A stretch of DNA of 64,000 nt from assembly GCA_028534125.1 (NCBI GenBank), contig CM052816.1:50594001-50658000 (forward strand), written 5' to 3'. The position numbers and the translations under genes were made by a program. Shown here piece after piece: positions 11,398 through 23,130 of this stretch; position 1 is the first letter of the stretch; every line of letters begins with the position of its first letter. This stretch comes from Lama glama. Lineage: Eukaryota. Below the pieces are notes generated by a model. It was not told where the DNA came from, made no database searches, and saw only the letters and a program-made list of their open reading frames with translations.

Positions 11398-12288
11398 ATG
11401 AGGTGGCAAAGGAAAATCTCCCAGGCCAAGGCACAAGAGAAAAACCCAGAAGAAGAAATAAGTGATGAGGAGATAGGCAATATGTCTGAGAAAGAGTTTA
11501 AAGTAATGATGGCCAGGATGTTCAGAGAACTCAAGAGGAGTATAGATGCACAGAGTGAAGTTTTTAGCAAAGAGTTGGAAAATATAAAGAATGCCCAAAC
11601 AGAGCTAAAGAATAAAATCACTGAGATGAACAATACACTAGAAGGAACCAAGAATAGACTAAATGAGGCAGAAGAATGAATCAGTGAGCTAGAAGACAGA
11701 TTAGTGGAAATCACTACTTCAGAACAGAAAAAAGAAAAAAGAATGAAAAGAAATGAGGCTAGTTTAAGAGAACTTTGGGACAACATGAAGCAGACTAATA
11801 TTTGCATTATAGGGGTCCCAGAAAGAGAAGAGCGAGAAAGGACCTGAGAAAATTTTTGGAGAGATAATCACTGAAAACTCCCCCAACTTGGGAAAGGAAA
11901 CAGTCACCCAAATCCTGGAAGCGCAGAGAGTACCATACAGAATCAACCCAAAGAGGAACACACCAAGGCACATAGTCATCAAATTGACAGTAATTAAGGA
12001 TAAGGAGAAAATATTAAAATTATCAAGAGAAAAGCAACAAATAACATACAAGGGAACTCCCATAAGGTTATCAGATGATTTTTCAGCAGAAACTCTACAG
12101 GCCAGAAGGGAGTGGCATGATATATTTAAAGTGATGAAAGGGGGAACTTACAACCAAGAATACTCTATCCAGCAAGGCTCTCATTCAGACTTTATGGAGA
12201 AATCAAAAGTTTCACAGATAAACAAAAGCTAAAAGATTTCAGCACCACCAAACCAGCTTTACAACAGATGTTAAAGGACCTTCTCTAT
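11398..12288 (+). pseudogene. LINE-1 ORF1p (coiled-coil, RRM, CTD), disrupted
   Basis: MRWQRK..EKEFKVMMARM..RLNEAEE*ISELEDR..RELWDNMKQTNICIIGVPE / ..RINPKRNTPRHIVIK..YKGTPIRLSDDFSAETLQARREWHDIFK / ..LQPRILYPARLSF..KPALQQMLKDLL; premature TGA at 11677-11679 and two frameshifts (~11840, ~12145). Confidence 0.92.
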
Positions 12289-12348
12289 TCATCAAACCAT
12301 AAGAAAAGAGAGCAAAAAGAAAGAAAAAAAAGAGAGAGATCTACAAAC

Positions 12349-12622
12349 GACTGCTTTGGCTGTTCAGGGTCTTTTGTGGTTCCTTACAAATTCTGGAATT
12401 GTTCTAGTTCTGTGAGGAATGTCGTGAGTATTTTGATGGGGGTTGCGTTGGATCTGTGGATTGCTTTGGGTAGTGTGGCCATTTTGATACTGTTGATTCT
12501 TCCAATTCAAGAGCACAAGAAATCTTTCCATTTCTTTGTGTCATTTTGGTTTTCAGAGTATAGGTAACCTCCTTGGTTAAGTTTATTTTTAGGTATTTTG
12601 TTGTTTTTGATGTAATGGAAAT
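12349..12622 (-). pseudogene. Antisense fragment of L1 ORF2 (post-RT region) inside the composite element
   Basis: Minus strand encodes 'KYLKINLTKEV' and frameshifted remnants of the '[34 protein letters not shown]' region. Confidence 0.85.
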
Positions 12623-12686
12623 GTCTCTGCCAGTTATAAAATTCTGGTTTTTGAAGTGAAAAAAAAAAAAGATGAATGAAGGGCCA

Positions 12687-12870
12687 GCAAATGGCAAAAT
12701 ATCCTTCTTTTTTATGGTTGAGTTATATTCCATCACATATATATGCTGCATCTTCATTATCTATTCAACTACTGATGTGCACTTAGGATGCTTCCATATC
12801 TTGGCAATTATAAATAATGTTGCTCTTAATAGCAGAGTGTACATATCTTTTTAAATTAATTCTTATTTTG
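12687..12870 (-). pseudogene. Second antisense L1 fragment (ORF2 C-terminus/3' region) inside the composite element
   Basis: Minus strand 'MEYNSTIKKKDILPFA' resembles the L1 ORF2 C-terminal 'MEYYSAIKKNEILPFA' motif. Confidence 0.8.
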
Positions 12871-12989
12871 TGGTTGGCTTTATTCCTTTGATATCTATGT
12901 AAGTTTAAAAAGCTAAAGCTCTAAACATTCTTAGAAACAATGAACAGTACGTATATGTAAAAATATACGTGCACTAAAAAAAAAAAAGA

Positions 12990-13426
12990 AAAGATCTATC
13001 AAGCCATGAAAGCCATGGAAGAAACTTAAAAGACATATTACTAAATGAAAAAAGCAAGTCTGAAAAGGCTACAAACTATGATTCTAACCAAATGACATTC
13101 TGGAAAAGGCACAGCTACAGAACCAAAAAATAGATCATGGTTGCGAGGGGTTTGGGGAGAGGGAGGGAGGGAGGGATGAATAGATGGAACACAAAGGATT
13201 TCTAGGGCAATTAAATTATTCTGTATGATAGTACAGTGGTGACTACATGTCATTATGCATTTGTCAAAACCCATAGAATATACATCATCAAGAGTGAACC
13301 CTAATGTTGAGGGTAGGGGACTATATATGTGAGGGTGGGGAGGGCTATATTTGAACTCTCTGTATTTTCGGCTCAATTCTGTTGTGAACCTGAAACTGCT
13401 CTAAAAGAATAAAGTCTATTACAAAA
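12990..13426 (+). mobile_element. Old L1MB-type 3'UTR serving as the 3' end of the composite element
   Basis: 'aagccatgaa..catattactaaatgaaaaaagc..tgaaaaggctaca..gacattctggaaaaggc..gagtgaaccctaatgt..gaacctgaaactgctctaaaagaataaagtctatt'. Confidence 0.8.
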
Positions 13427-13441
13427 AAAGATTTTGGGGTG
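13427..13441 (+). repeat. Right target-site duplication AAAGATTTTGGGGTG
   Basis: Exact copy of 10451-10465. Confidence 0.9.
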
Positions 13442-14189
13442 TCTTTGAATGAATCCTTTGGAATTATAATTGAGTTTTTCACCTTTACATTTATTACTAC
13501 TATATATCAATCCTACATTTTTAGGATGATAACAGAATTAAAAGGAGAAAAGAAAAAACAGGGCATTCGTTGTTGACTATGATTATTTCATGAAACATGA
13601 TCTTTATTTTAGTAGTTGGGGTATATTCAAGGCAATGAATCCAACCTATAAATGAAGAAGAATCTTCTAGCCTGGAGGAATCAATATCTAACTGGACCAC
13701 CTGATTTTAAAAATACTGATGAATTCATGTTGGTTGAGGTTTGAAAGCTAATGTTGGTTCCCATCCCTTTTGAATAATGTCAAATATTTTCACAAAGCAA
13801 TGTTTTCCTACCCCATCTGTAATTATGGGAGACTCTAACCATTTGTTGATCAAGAACATCTATAATGTAATTCTTTAAAGCTTTTTAGTAAATTTTCCAT
13901 TTATTTATTATGAGATCAAAAACCTAAAGATAAAAGAAATGGAGTCACATAGCTCCATAAGACATACTACTTCTTCAGTTCAAAGAAATTCTTCTTATAC
14001 ATCTGGATTCAAGAAACTTTGCAATCATTCCAAAGTGTCCAAGAGGTACGTGCCTGGAGGAGGGGTTTCTGTGTGTGGTCAGCATTTTGTACGTGATGAA
14101 ACCTATCTGAGTTTTCACAGTCTTTCCTCCAAAAAATATACGTATTATTGGGAAAAGAGAAATCAGTATACAGTGAAGTGTTAGTAGCA

Positions 14190-14390
14190 ATGATTTATGC
14201 AGTACTTAACGGTGGCCAAGAATTTTATGTTCCTTATCATATTTAAGTTCCATAACAATCTTCATTTTACAGATGAGGAAATTAAGGCTGGGAGGAACTA
14301 ACCTGTAATGCTTCCTTGAGCTAGTAAGTGGAGGACTGGGGATGTAAAGCCAGGTCTGGGTCTGGGAGCCTCTGCAGCCCATGCCCTTAT
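14190..14390 (-). mobile_element. MIR SINE
   Basis: 'cattttacagatgaggaaattaaggct..gctagtaagtggagga'. Confidence 0.75.
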
Positions 14391-14539
14391 CTGTGATGTC
14401 GTGTTGCCTGAGAGTACTAAATCAGGCCAGGTCAGGGGAGACAGGAATTCAGAGCTCTCGAATTTCAGACTGGTCTGCTGTCTCATCTGGCTGTTTACAG
14501 TGAATGTAGCTTCCGAATTAGAGAACTTGGTAGTACAAA

Positions 14540-14720
14540 CACTGCACATCAGCTGCAGAGAAGAGATGCTAAGATCCTTAATCCACCTCTGCTGTTTACT
14601 GACCATATCAGCTTGCACACATTATTTATCTTCTCTGAGCCCTCACTTCTATCTCGTTGGAATGGGAAAAACATAGATTTCACAGTCTATGCCACAGGTT
14701 TTGAGGAGTAAGCCAAATTC
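14540..14720 (+). mobile_element. MIR SINE (degenerate)
   Basis: 'aatccacctctgctgtttactga..ttctctgagccctcacttct..aatggg'. Confidence 0.55.
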
Positions 14721-16980
14721 TATGTACTGTCAAGTACAAAAACAAAAAAACAAAAAAGACCCCCAAAATTATCATTATTTTGTGATTTTCTTATCCCTTC
14801 TTATTGCTTTTCCACACCTGGAAACATTAAATTATAATAATGAGAGATCTCTTGTTATTGTTGTTGCTATTAATCTTATATAAAGAGATAGGATTGACTA
14901 TCCAGTAATTGGGGAAGGAGTAAGAAAAAGGCAAAATGTTCTGGATTTCACTTTAGGGAACTTAACAATCTAATACTGGAATAAGACCTTGGAAGTGACC
15001 TCAACAAAATATCCAAAGGGCTGTGCCACCAAGAAAACCCCTATTTTAAAAAAGGAAACATTCCATTTCCATTTTCTCATTTGTAAGAGGTAGAACAAAG
15101 TTTAAAAGATGACTTTTCATCCCCTCTCAAAAAAGGGAAAATAAATCTTACTAATGTAGCATATGCATTAGACAATTTTGTTCTCTTTCTGCACTTGGAT
15201 GGACAAAGGACATATTTTTATGATGTAGAATCACTTGAAATGGAAAGATTATGGAGAAACTTACATGTAAAACAATTGAAAAAGTAAAAAATAATATGAT
15301 ATCTCCAAAGTCAATTAGAAAAATCCATTAATAAAAATATTCTATCAAAGTGATGAGTTCCAGATTTAATGGATTCCTTGCCACATAGATATTCCAAGTG
15401 CAATGTTAATATGTTTTTCTTTTAAGATGATGTTTCACCCAGGTAGATTTTTCTAGAACTGAGTGCAGTTAAAACAGGTTTCAAATACCAGCCAATTAGG
15501 GATACAGTTTGTTGGATTTTCAACATGTGGAAAGATAGTATGAAATAACAGAAATAGCTCTGATCTAAGATACAGACATTCTAGGTTCTAGTACTTATTG
15601 TCTCTATGAAAATAACTATGTAACACATTATGTTTGGAGATTTCAATTTTAACATTCTTTTCATAATAAAAATTACACTTGAAGTTAAAAAATAAAAAAT
15701 AAAAATTCTAGTTGCTCTTTTATGATGGCATTCTGAATGGGATGTGTACTAACATGCGAAACATAGCTGAATCACATTTGCTCTTTCAGTTTTTGTTTAG
15801 GAACCCATATACCATAAGTTATTTGGAAAACTGGCTTTAAAAGCAACCTAGAGTCCTTTATACTGTTCGGCTCTTGTTACTTAGAGGAAACCCTTGGTGA
15901 ATCCTTTGAATGTGAATTGTAATAATGCTAACTATTATCTAAAATTTATACTAATTCTAATATTTCTTTATGTATATTCAGGGATGGTCTGGATACTTTA
16001 AAAAAGACCCATAACTACTTTGATCTTTAAAATATTTCAATTATGTCTTCAAAAACAAAACAAAAATTAAATTAGTAAACCTTTTCCTTTTCACCATTCT
16101 GGCAGACTAATCATGTGAACTGAAATACGGATAAGGAAGTATATCTGGTTCTAATTTCTGAACTCAACACCAGATGTTGTTTTCAAGGTTTGCCTTTTAA
16201 AAAAAAACAAATTAACTTTCATGAAGCCATCTCAGCCCAAGGAGGGGAAATCACTGCAGACTAGAATTTTGAATTTATATTTTACTATTAAGCCATGCTT
16301 AGGAGGAGTATCTCCAGCGAATCACCCCTAAGGACAAAATAGATCCTTTAGATATAAATATATTATATACGATGCTCATATATTGTCAAATCTTTTTAAC
16401 CTAGAATATGAGAAGTGCAGTTTTTCCCAAATAGAAACACCATGTTCCTTATGAAACCCCTAACACGCTGCAGGAGGAGAGGACCTTGGGAAAGGTTTGC
16501 GTTACACCACAGGAGCCTTGTGAGACAGTCAGTTTTGTGGTCTGTATTTGCTCTACAAGTTTGTGCTGCAGACAAATATGAGTCATGTGTTACGGCTGAG
16601 CATGGGGAAGCTCCAGACATTCATGAAATTAAAATATATTTACCTTTTAAATAATCATTTACAAGTTGTTGCCCAAAGGTCTTTTCAGGCTTTCTGGTTG
16701 GGAGGAAATGTAATTTTTGACAACTTCAAGTAGGCTATTAGCCAAATAGAATAACCAAATGTTGAAATACCTGTAGTTATTTATATAGGTATGCCTGTAG
16801 TTATTTATGTATGTTTCTTTCTTTAAAGTATTATGAATATGTGCATATATCTATTTATGTCAATATGGCATTTAGTGAATTCTATCTTATTTGAATATAA
16901 AAAGGGGAGATAAGAATTGTGAATGGGGTTATATATCAACTAAAATAGCATCTACTAACTTAGTAAGTCAACAAACTGTA

Positions 16981-17631
16981 TTGAACCATATGACCCAGCA
17001 ATCCCATTCATAGGCAGATATCCAGAGGAAACTCTAATTATTCAAAAAGGTACATGCACCTCAATGTTCATAGTAGCACTATTTACAATAGTCAAGACAT
17101 GGAAGCAATCTAAATGTCCATTGACAGATAACTGGATAAAGAAGTTGTGGTATAGATATATACATATACACACACACACCACATACCCAATGGAATACTA
17201 CTTAGCCATAAAAAAGAATGAAATAATGCCATTTGTAGCAACATGGATAGAACTGGAGACCATCACTGTAAATGAAGTAAGCCAGAAAGAGAAAGAAAAA
17301 TACCATATGATATCACTTATATGTGGAATCTAAAAAAAAAAAAAAAGACACAAATGAACTTATTTACAGAACAGAAACAGACTCATAGGCATAGAAAGCA
17401 AACTTATGGTTACTGGGGGAAAGGAGTGGCTAGAGGGATAAATTGAGAGTTTGGGATTTGAGATACTAACTACTATATATAAAATGGATAAATGAAAATG
17501 TTCTACTGTATAGCACAGGGAACTATATTCAATACCTTATAATAGCCTATAATGAAGAAGAATATGAAAAGGAATATATGTATGTGTGTAACTGAATCAC
17601 TATGCTATACACCAGAAATTAACATATCATA
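16981..17631 (+). mobile_element. L1 ORF2 C-terminus + 3'UTR (5'-truncated)
   Basis: ORF 17064-17333 'MFIVALFTIVKTWKQSKCP..MEYYLAIKKNEIMPFVATW..YHMISLICGI' is the L1 ORF2 tail; artiodactyl-type 3'UTR follows. Confidence 0.92.
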
Positions 17632-17654
17632 AGAGATCAGAGTACTGAGCAGAC

Positions 17655-18270
17655 TTTCATTCATTCTTCATTTATTCATCAGTGTTTATTGATCATCTAT
17701 TATCTGCTGGGCTTCAGAGATACAAGGGGAAAGGTGAGCAAGACAGACACAGGCCTTTCCTCTTGGAGCTTACATTTTCAGTTGTCCACAGGACATTCTA
17801 CTCCAGATGTACATCAAAAACAATGGATGGAAAATTGAGTGAATTATGTCCACCCTGAAGTGGGCTTTTCCTTCCCGCAGCCTGATTTCTGTTAATGGCA
17901 CTTTAAATCCTTCAGTTCCTAAGGCCTCCAACAGCAAATCATCTCCTCTTTCCCTGTGCCTCTCATAATGGTACTGTCGATTTTGCTCTCCAAATACCTT
18001 GCCATCTTCTCTTCTCTATCCTCACACTCCCCTTTTGGTTTCTCACTACCTTTAACCTGGCATATTGTAATGGCTCCAATCTGATTTCACTTGTCTTTTA
18101 TTTTTTCCCTTATTTATGTGGATGAAGCTATTAGATAATTCTTCCTAAAGAAGAATACTAATCACATCACCACCTTGTTCAGGAGCCCTCAATGTCTCCC
18201 TAGTTTTTGTCTAATTAAGCAAAATCTCCCCAGTCTGTTATTTATGCCTACATAATAGACCTAGTCCCAC
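17655..18270. mobile_element. L2 fragments (minus-strand 3' end ~17655-17780; plus-strand body ~17790-18270)
   Basis: 'ttcattcattc..tgtttattga' terminus, then a pyrimidine-rich L2 body. Confidence 0.55.
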
Positions 18271-19381
18271 TAACCAATGAATATAAATTGTATTTATGTC
18301 CAAATTACAATGGTGCTGAGTTACCCCCTGCAGAGAATATTCCTTAAACTTCTGGTTCTGATTATCTAAGTTTGCTTTGGGTTAAAAAAAAAAAAAGGAA
18401 AGAAAGGAAGCTGTTTTTAGCTTGTGTGTTGCATTTTCCTGAAGATTGTTGTATTCCAAGAACAATGGCACAAGACTTCTTATGCCTCTCTGATTATGTA
18501 CTCTTTTGTCTATTCCCCACTCTTGATTATGAGAACCTAAAGAATGCAACTGACAAGGCAGGGCCCTCCCAGGCGGGTGGAGAAAGGGGCGAGATAGTAT
18601 AGAAAAGTAAGACTCCTCTTGAGCCAGTAGGTGGAGGAGAAAGACTGGCAGCAGTCAGACATTAATAATTTTGGTCCCAATCACTTCATTTGCCAGCTGC
18701 AGTCAACACTTGGCATTTTCCAACTTCTTCCTTTCTGCTTTCCACTTGTCAACACCTGCTGCATAGAAAGTTTATTGAAGGAGCCTGACCGCTGTTTCAT
18801 CATGAGAACATCAACACATGTGCCAAGAGCCTGTACCTCACCCTCCAGATGAATGGGACCATTGGATCTTCCCCAAATAAATGTGACATCTTGTCTCTGT
18901 ATATTCCCTCTTTCTAAATTGTATCTTCTCATTTCTGCCTATTGTAGTCCTATCATTCAAGTTCCACATCTCATGCTAGCTACTCTCTGATGCTTTTTCC
19001 AATTTCTTTAACAGCAGGGCAATCATAGTCTATCTATGCCAAAGAAGCATTCCCAATTACCTTGAATAATCTGCATAATTTAAGACTAATTTCCCCAAAT
19101 GAAGCAAAAAGGGTGACAAGCATTTCTATTTATCAGTCCCCATGTAGGGACTGCCACCTGGTAATAGCATACATAGAATTTATAATTTACTTCATCTTCA
19201 TACTTTGAAAATATCTAATGCCCGGCAAAAGTTAAGCACTTTGAGAGATGTACATTATTTTGAAATCTGCAAAAAAGTACACCTGAAATACCTCTATTTG
19301 TCCATAACTAATTCAGCTATAATCTAACATACTCAAAATTATAGGTGTAAGAGGTAAGTCTATATGATATAAGAATATTCA

Positions 19382-19785
19382 GTCCATTGACAGATGACTG
19401 GATAAAGAAGATGTGCAGTGGAATATTACTCAGCCATAAAAGAATAAAATAATGCCATTTGCAACAACATAGATGGACCTGGAGATTGTCATTCTAAGTG
19501 GAGTAAGTCAGAAAGAGAAAGAAAAATACCATATGATATTGCTTATATGTGGAATCCACAAAAAGGACACAAATGAACTTATCTACAAAACAGAAATAGA
19601 CTCACAGAAATGGAGAATAAACTTATGATTATCAGGGGGTAAAGGGGATAGGAAGGGATAAATTGGGAATTTGAAATTTGTACCCCTTGGGGAGTGATGG
19701 AAATGTTAGCTATCTTGATTGTGGTGTACACAGCTATCAAAATTTATCAAATTGTACATCTGAAATGTGTGTAGTTTACTTATTA
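19382..19785 (+). mobile_element. L1 3' fragment joined at ~19680 to an older L1M-type terminal segment
   Basis: 'gtccattgacagatgactggataaagaagatgtg..ttgcttatatgtggaatc', then 'gtgatggaaatgtt..tatcttgattgtggtg..aaatttatcaaattgtaca'. Confidence 0.8.
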
Positions 19786-20123
19786 ATCTGTGTGAGAATG
19801 TTGGAGGCTCTCACCCGTCCTGAGATTTGCTTTATTTCTTAAGAGGTCCATTTAAAAAATAATTTTAATTTTCTGGTAAACATTTCTTTACACGTATGCC
19901 CTTTCTTTATAATTTCATCCATTAAAATTAAAATGGAAAATTTCCTTCCAGGCCAAGGGGAAGGACATATTTGGGTGTAAGTGGCTGGGCTTCCTGGCAC
20001 ACTCCACATGATTCTGTAAAGGATTAGTGTAAAGAGATGCTGAAAAAATGATTGAAGGTCATATCAATGACTTTGTTAGAGGATAGGCACAGGCGCCTGC
20101 TGGTCCACAACTGTCTTTGTTGG

Positions 20124-20410
20124 TTTTTTAAAAAAATTTTCTTGAAGTATATAGCCAGTTGAAATGTTATGTCAATTTCTGGTATACAGCATAATGTTTC
20201 ATACATATGCATACATATATTCCTTTTCATATTCTTTTCATTATAGATTCCTACAACATATTGAATATAGTTCCCTATGCTGTGCAGTAGAAACTTGTTG
20301 TTTATCTATTTTATGTAAGTAGTTAGTATCTGCAAATCTCGAACTCTCAGTTTATTCCGTCCCACCCCCTACCCACCTCCCCTACCCCTTGGATAACCAT
20401 AAGTTTGTTG
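20124..20410 (-). mobile_element. L1 3' end (artiodactyl-type)
   Basis: 'ttgaagtatatag..ttgaatatagttccctatgctgtgcagtag..tgcaaatctcgaactc..taaccataagtttgtt'. Confidence 0.85.
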
Positions 20411-20454
20411 GCAACACACATGTCTTCTGTGAGGTTCAGAGAGGAAGGAGCAAG

Positions 20455-20610
20455 GGGTTGAGGTCAAACAGACCAAGGTTATGGCCTGGCTTTACCACCT
20501 TGGGCATGGGACTCTGTCCTGGCATCTCCTTTACCTTAAAGAATTGCTTTGAAGATTAAAGGCGATATACATAAAGTGTCTAGCAAAAGCTGCCTGGCAC
20601 ACAGTATATA
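20455..20610 (+). mobile_element. MIR SINE (degenerate)
   Basis: 'gtcaaacagacc..ttgctttgaagattaaa..taaagtgtctagc..cctggcacacagt'. Confidence 0.55.
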
Positions 20611-21669
20611 TGATTGTTTTTATAGGTTCAAAAATTTCATCTTTCATGCCACTCAGGAGCAGATGATTAATACTGCATGAAAGGAAAAGAACAGGAAGAA
20701 CTCACTCTACAGAGTTTGGCTATAGTTCTCAGCCTGTCTTTATTTATGGTTATTTTGTAGCTAGTGATCCTGTGGATATTAGAATTGTGTTCTTAATAGG
20801 GATCTCTATCAGGGAAAAAAATAGAGTAGTCCTTTTCAACTGTGCCCTTTTCCCCCGCTGGGATACTAGAGAAGTTACAATTCTCAACATTTGCTAACAT
20901 TTTGAAAAGAAAGATGCTAAACATTAATTATACATAGTTATAAAACAGACTTCTCCTTGATGGAAAAGTTTCAAAAAATGAATTAGAAGGGGGAGGAAAT
21001 TAACAGCAGAAAGGAAACTGTATTTTGGCAAGCTCTGAAACATGGAAACGTTATTCTTTCATGGTTTTCCATGAATTTGAATCTCTTGACAGTTTCTCAA
21101 TTATAGCTTGTAACTGTGGGCTTCAAAGCAGTTCTGGAGTTGTGTTCACCTCAGCCAGTCAGTCGATAATCTTGATTGAATTCCCCCGGCAGGAAGGATG
21201 CGGAGTGAAGGGCCCATTTTCAGTTTCCTCAGCGTGGATGCCTTGATCCAGAGAGTCTGTCATTCAGCCCCTCAGACCTGCTAATGGTCTCTGACTTTGA
21301 ATCCTCCCCGACAGTGTTCCCAGAGACCCTCTGAGGCTGGAGGTGACCTCCTCCCATCTCTACGTCGTGTCTCTTCCTGCCTGGACCAGATGAAAACCCT
21401 TTGGGCCGGAAGCTTTCCCAGATGAATACCAGACCCTTAATCTCCTACCACCTCCTCCCCAATGCCGCTCAATTTTATTTTATAAATATGTGTATTGTTT
21501 GGGCTGAACTGAACCAAACTATAATCTCTACAAGTTTAAGGCTTAGGCTCAATTATAGGATCATAGGGTATCCGAGTTCAAAGGGGTTTTTCCGGTTGAG
21601 ACTCAATCATCTTATTTTTCCGATTAAAATAAATCAAAACTAAAACCCGGAAGAGGAAAATTACTTGTC

Positions 21670-21900
21670 ATAGTAGAGTGAAACAGCAGTAGGCTTCGGA
21701 GTCCAAAAAATCAAATCTGCGACTAGTTCCTGACTCTGTGAACTTCTAGCTATTAGTAACTGAGCAGGTCACTGAACCTCTCTGGGCCCTATTTCATTTT
21801 AATCTATAAAATGGGGGGCTAATAATTATTGTAGCGTTACTGACATTTTTAGAAGTGAATGGAAAATGCCTGAGATGTTCAGTAAATGATGACTATTATT
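21670..21900 (+). mobile_element. MIR SINE
   Basis: 'aggcttcggagtc..gagcaggtcactgaacctctctgggcc..tctataaaatgggg..aataat'. Confidence 0.7.
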
Positions 21901-22659
21901 CTCTAATAAGGTCATGACTGACACATGGCAAACCAGAACTGGAACCCAGGGCCTCAGGGTCCAAGTTCAGTGCTGACTTTCCTGGCCTGCTGCTTATTTC
22001 CAGAGGTGTATCCCCCACTTCCCCTAGGGCATTCAATAAACATCTCTTACTGGATGGTTGTTTCCCAGACAGATTAGAATTCTTTTGAGACGGGCAGGTA
22101 GGAGGGATTTTGTTATGTTTCTTGCCTTGAGGGGGAGTGAGGGGGAAGATTCCATCAGTAAAGTAGCAATAAAAAGGTTCCCTCTATTAATGGAAATGAT
22201 TAACACTCCTTTAGCTAGGCAACATGTTCCCATTCATTTCTGAATTTGGCCTCACACGAACTGAGCCACACAGATGGGGGAATCAGAAACCTAAGAAAAC
22301 AGCAACAAATTGGTTTGGTGAGTGGATGTGGTTGAAATCTTTCATCTGGTTTGTCTCAACTGGTTGTGGAAGTTATATGGGTTTTGAAGAAAGTTGAAAA
22401 TCCAAGCAAAATGTTATGAATATTAAGCCACAGGTATCAAAGCTTGGAGAATCTGATGAAAAATGAACCAATGTAAACCAAAACATAAGGCGATTACACA
22501 CCTCTTTTCCTGAAAGCCAATTTCTGGCAGGAAGAAACACTTAACTTGCTGTAGGAGAGGAATATGCAGGCTTTCTAATTAATTATCACCTCAGTGTTTA
22601 TTTTTCAATGAATCAGTGGGCTGGAATGATTAAAGCACATATGGGTCAGAAACTCAGGC

Positions 22660-23130
22660 AGGAAGGAGCGAGCCGGGACTAAAAGCCGATGCTGCATGTG
22701 CCGCATTGGCCGTCCCTGTGGAATCCAGCCTTGCCGTGAAGAAAGGGGTTTTCTGAAGCATAAGTAGTTACACAGCCTGCCAGTTTGGCCCTCCACATAT
22801 TTATGGTGATTGCTTGAAAATGGGAGTTCCAGCTGGAAAGCCGGGGAAGGGCGAGTCAGTTAGCACCGAAGTGACGTACGTTGTCCGCTGCCTTTGCAGA
22901 GTCTTTGCCATAAAGGTGCTGCTGCTCCACGGGGCCTTGTTCCGGTTTGTATGAGAAGTAAGACTTTACCACCAGAACAAGTATCTGAGATACAGCGTAT
23001 GACTTACTTTGCTTCCGTCAGACCAGTGGGTGAAACTGCTAGTGGGTGAGACGGTGCAGAACGAAGCAGCATCTATTCTAAGTTTCAGTGAAGTGAAGGC
23101 TTTGTTTTCCCGTATTATAGCTATTCTTCG
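22660..23130. promoter_or_regulatory. CpG-retaining promoter/enhancer-like segment
   Basis: Visibly more CpG than the surroundings, repeat-free, CRE half-site GTGACGT (~22871-22877), GGGCGAG, strong minus-strand donor at 23007. Confidence 0.45.
23008..23072 (-). CDS. Candidate alternative first coding exon (MLLRSAPSHPLAVSPTGLTEA + phase-2 donor)
   Basis: ATG at 23072, 21 codons + AA|GTAAGT (consensus donor); Kozak context weak; protein not recognised. Confidence 0.25.

Larger units (their letters stand above)
10466..13426 (+). mobile_element. HAL1-like (ORF1-only) L1-derived composite retrotransposon
   Basis: L1 5' start with CAAGATGGC (YY1 motif, 10477-10485), ~930 bp 5'UTR, ORF1, no sense ORF2, AATAAA at 13408-13413, short A tail, 15-bp TSD. 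Confidence 0.75.

Noticed and set aside
11308..12063. Hydrophobic minus-strand ORFs of 96-152 aa
   Set aside because: Antisense shadows of the A-rich L1 ORF1.
19151..19165. CTCF-like CTGCCACCTGGTAA (similar at ~54722)
   Set aside because: Lacks the terminal GG of the core; a single partial motif is not supportable by eye.
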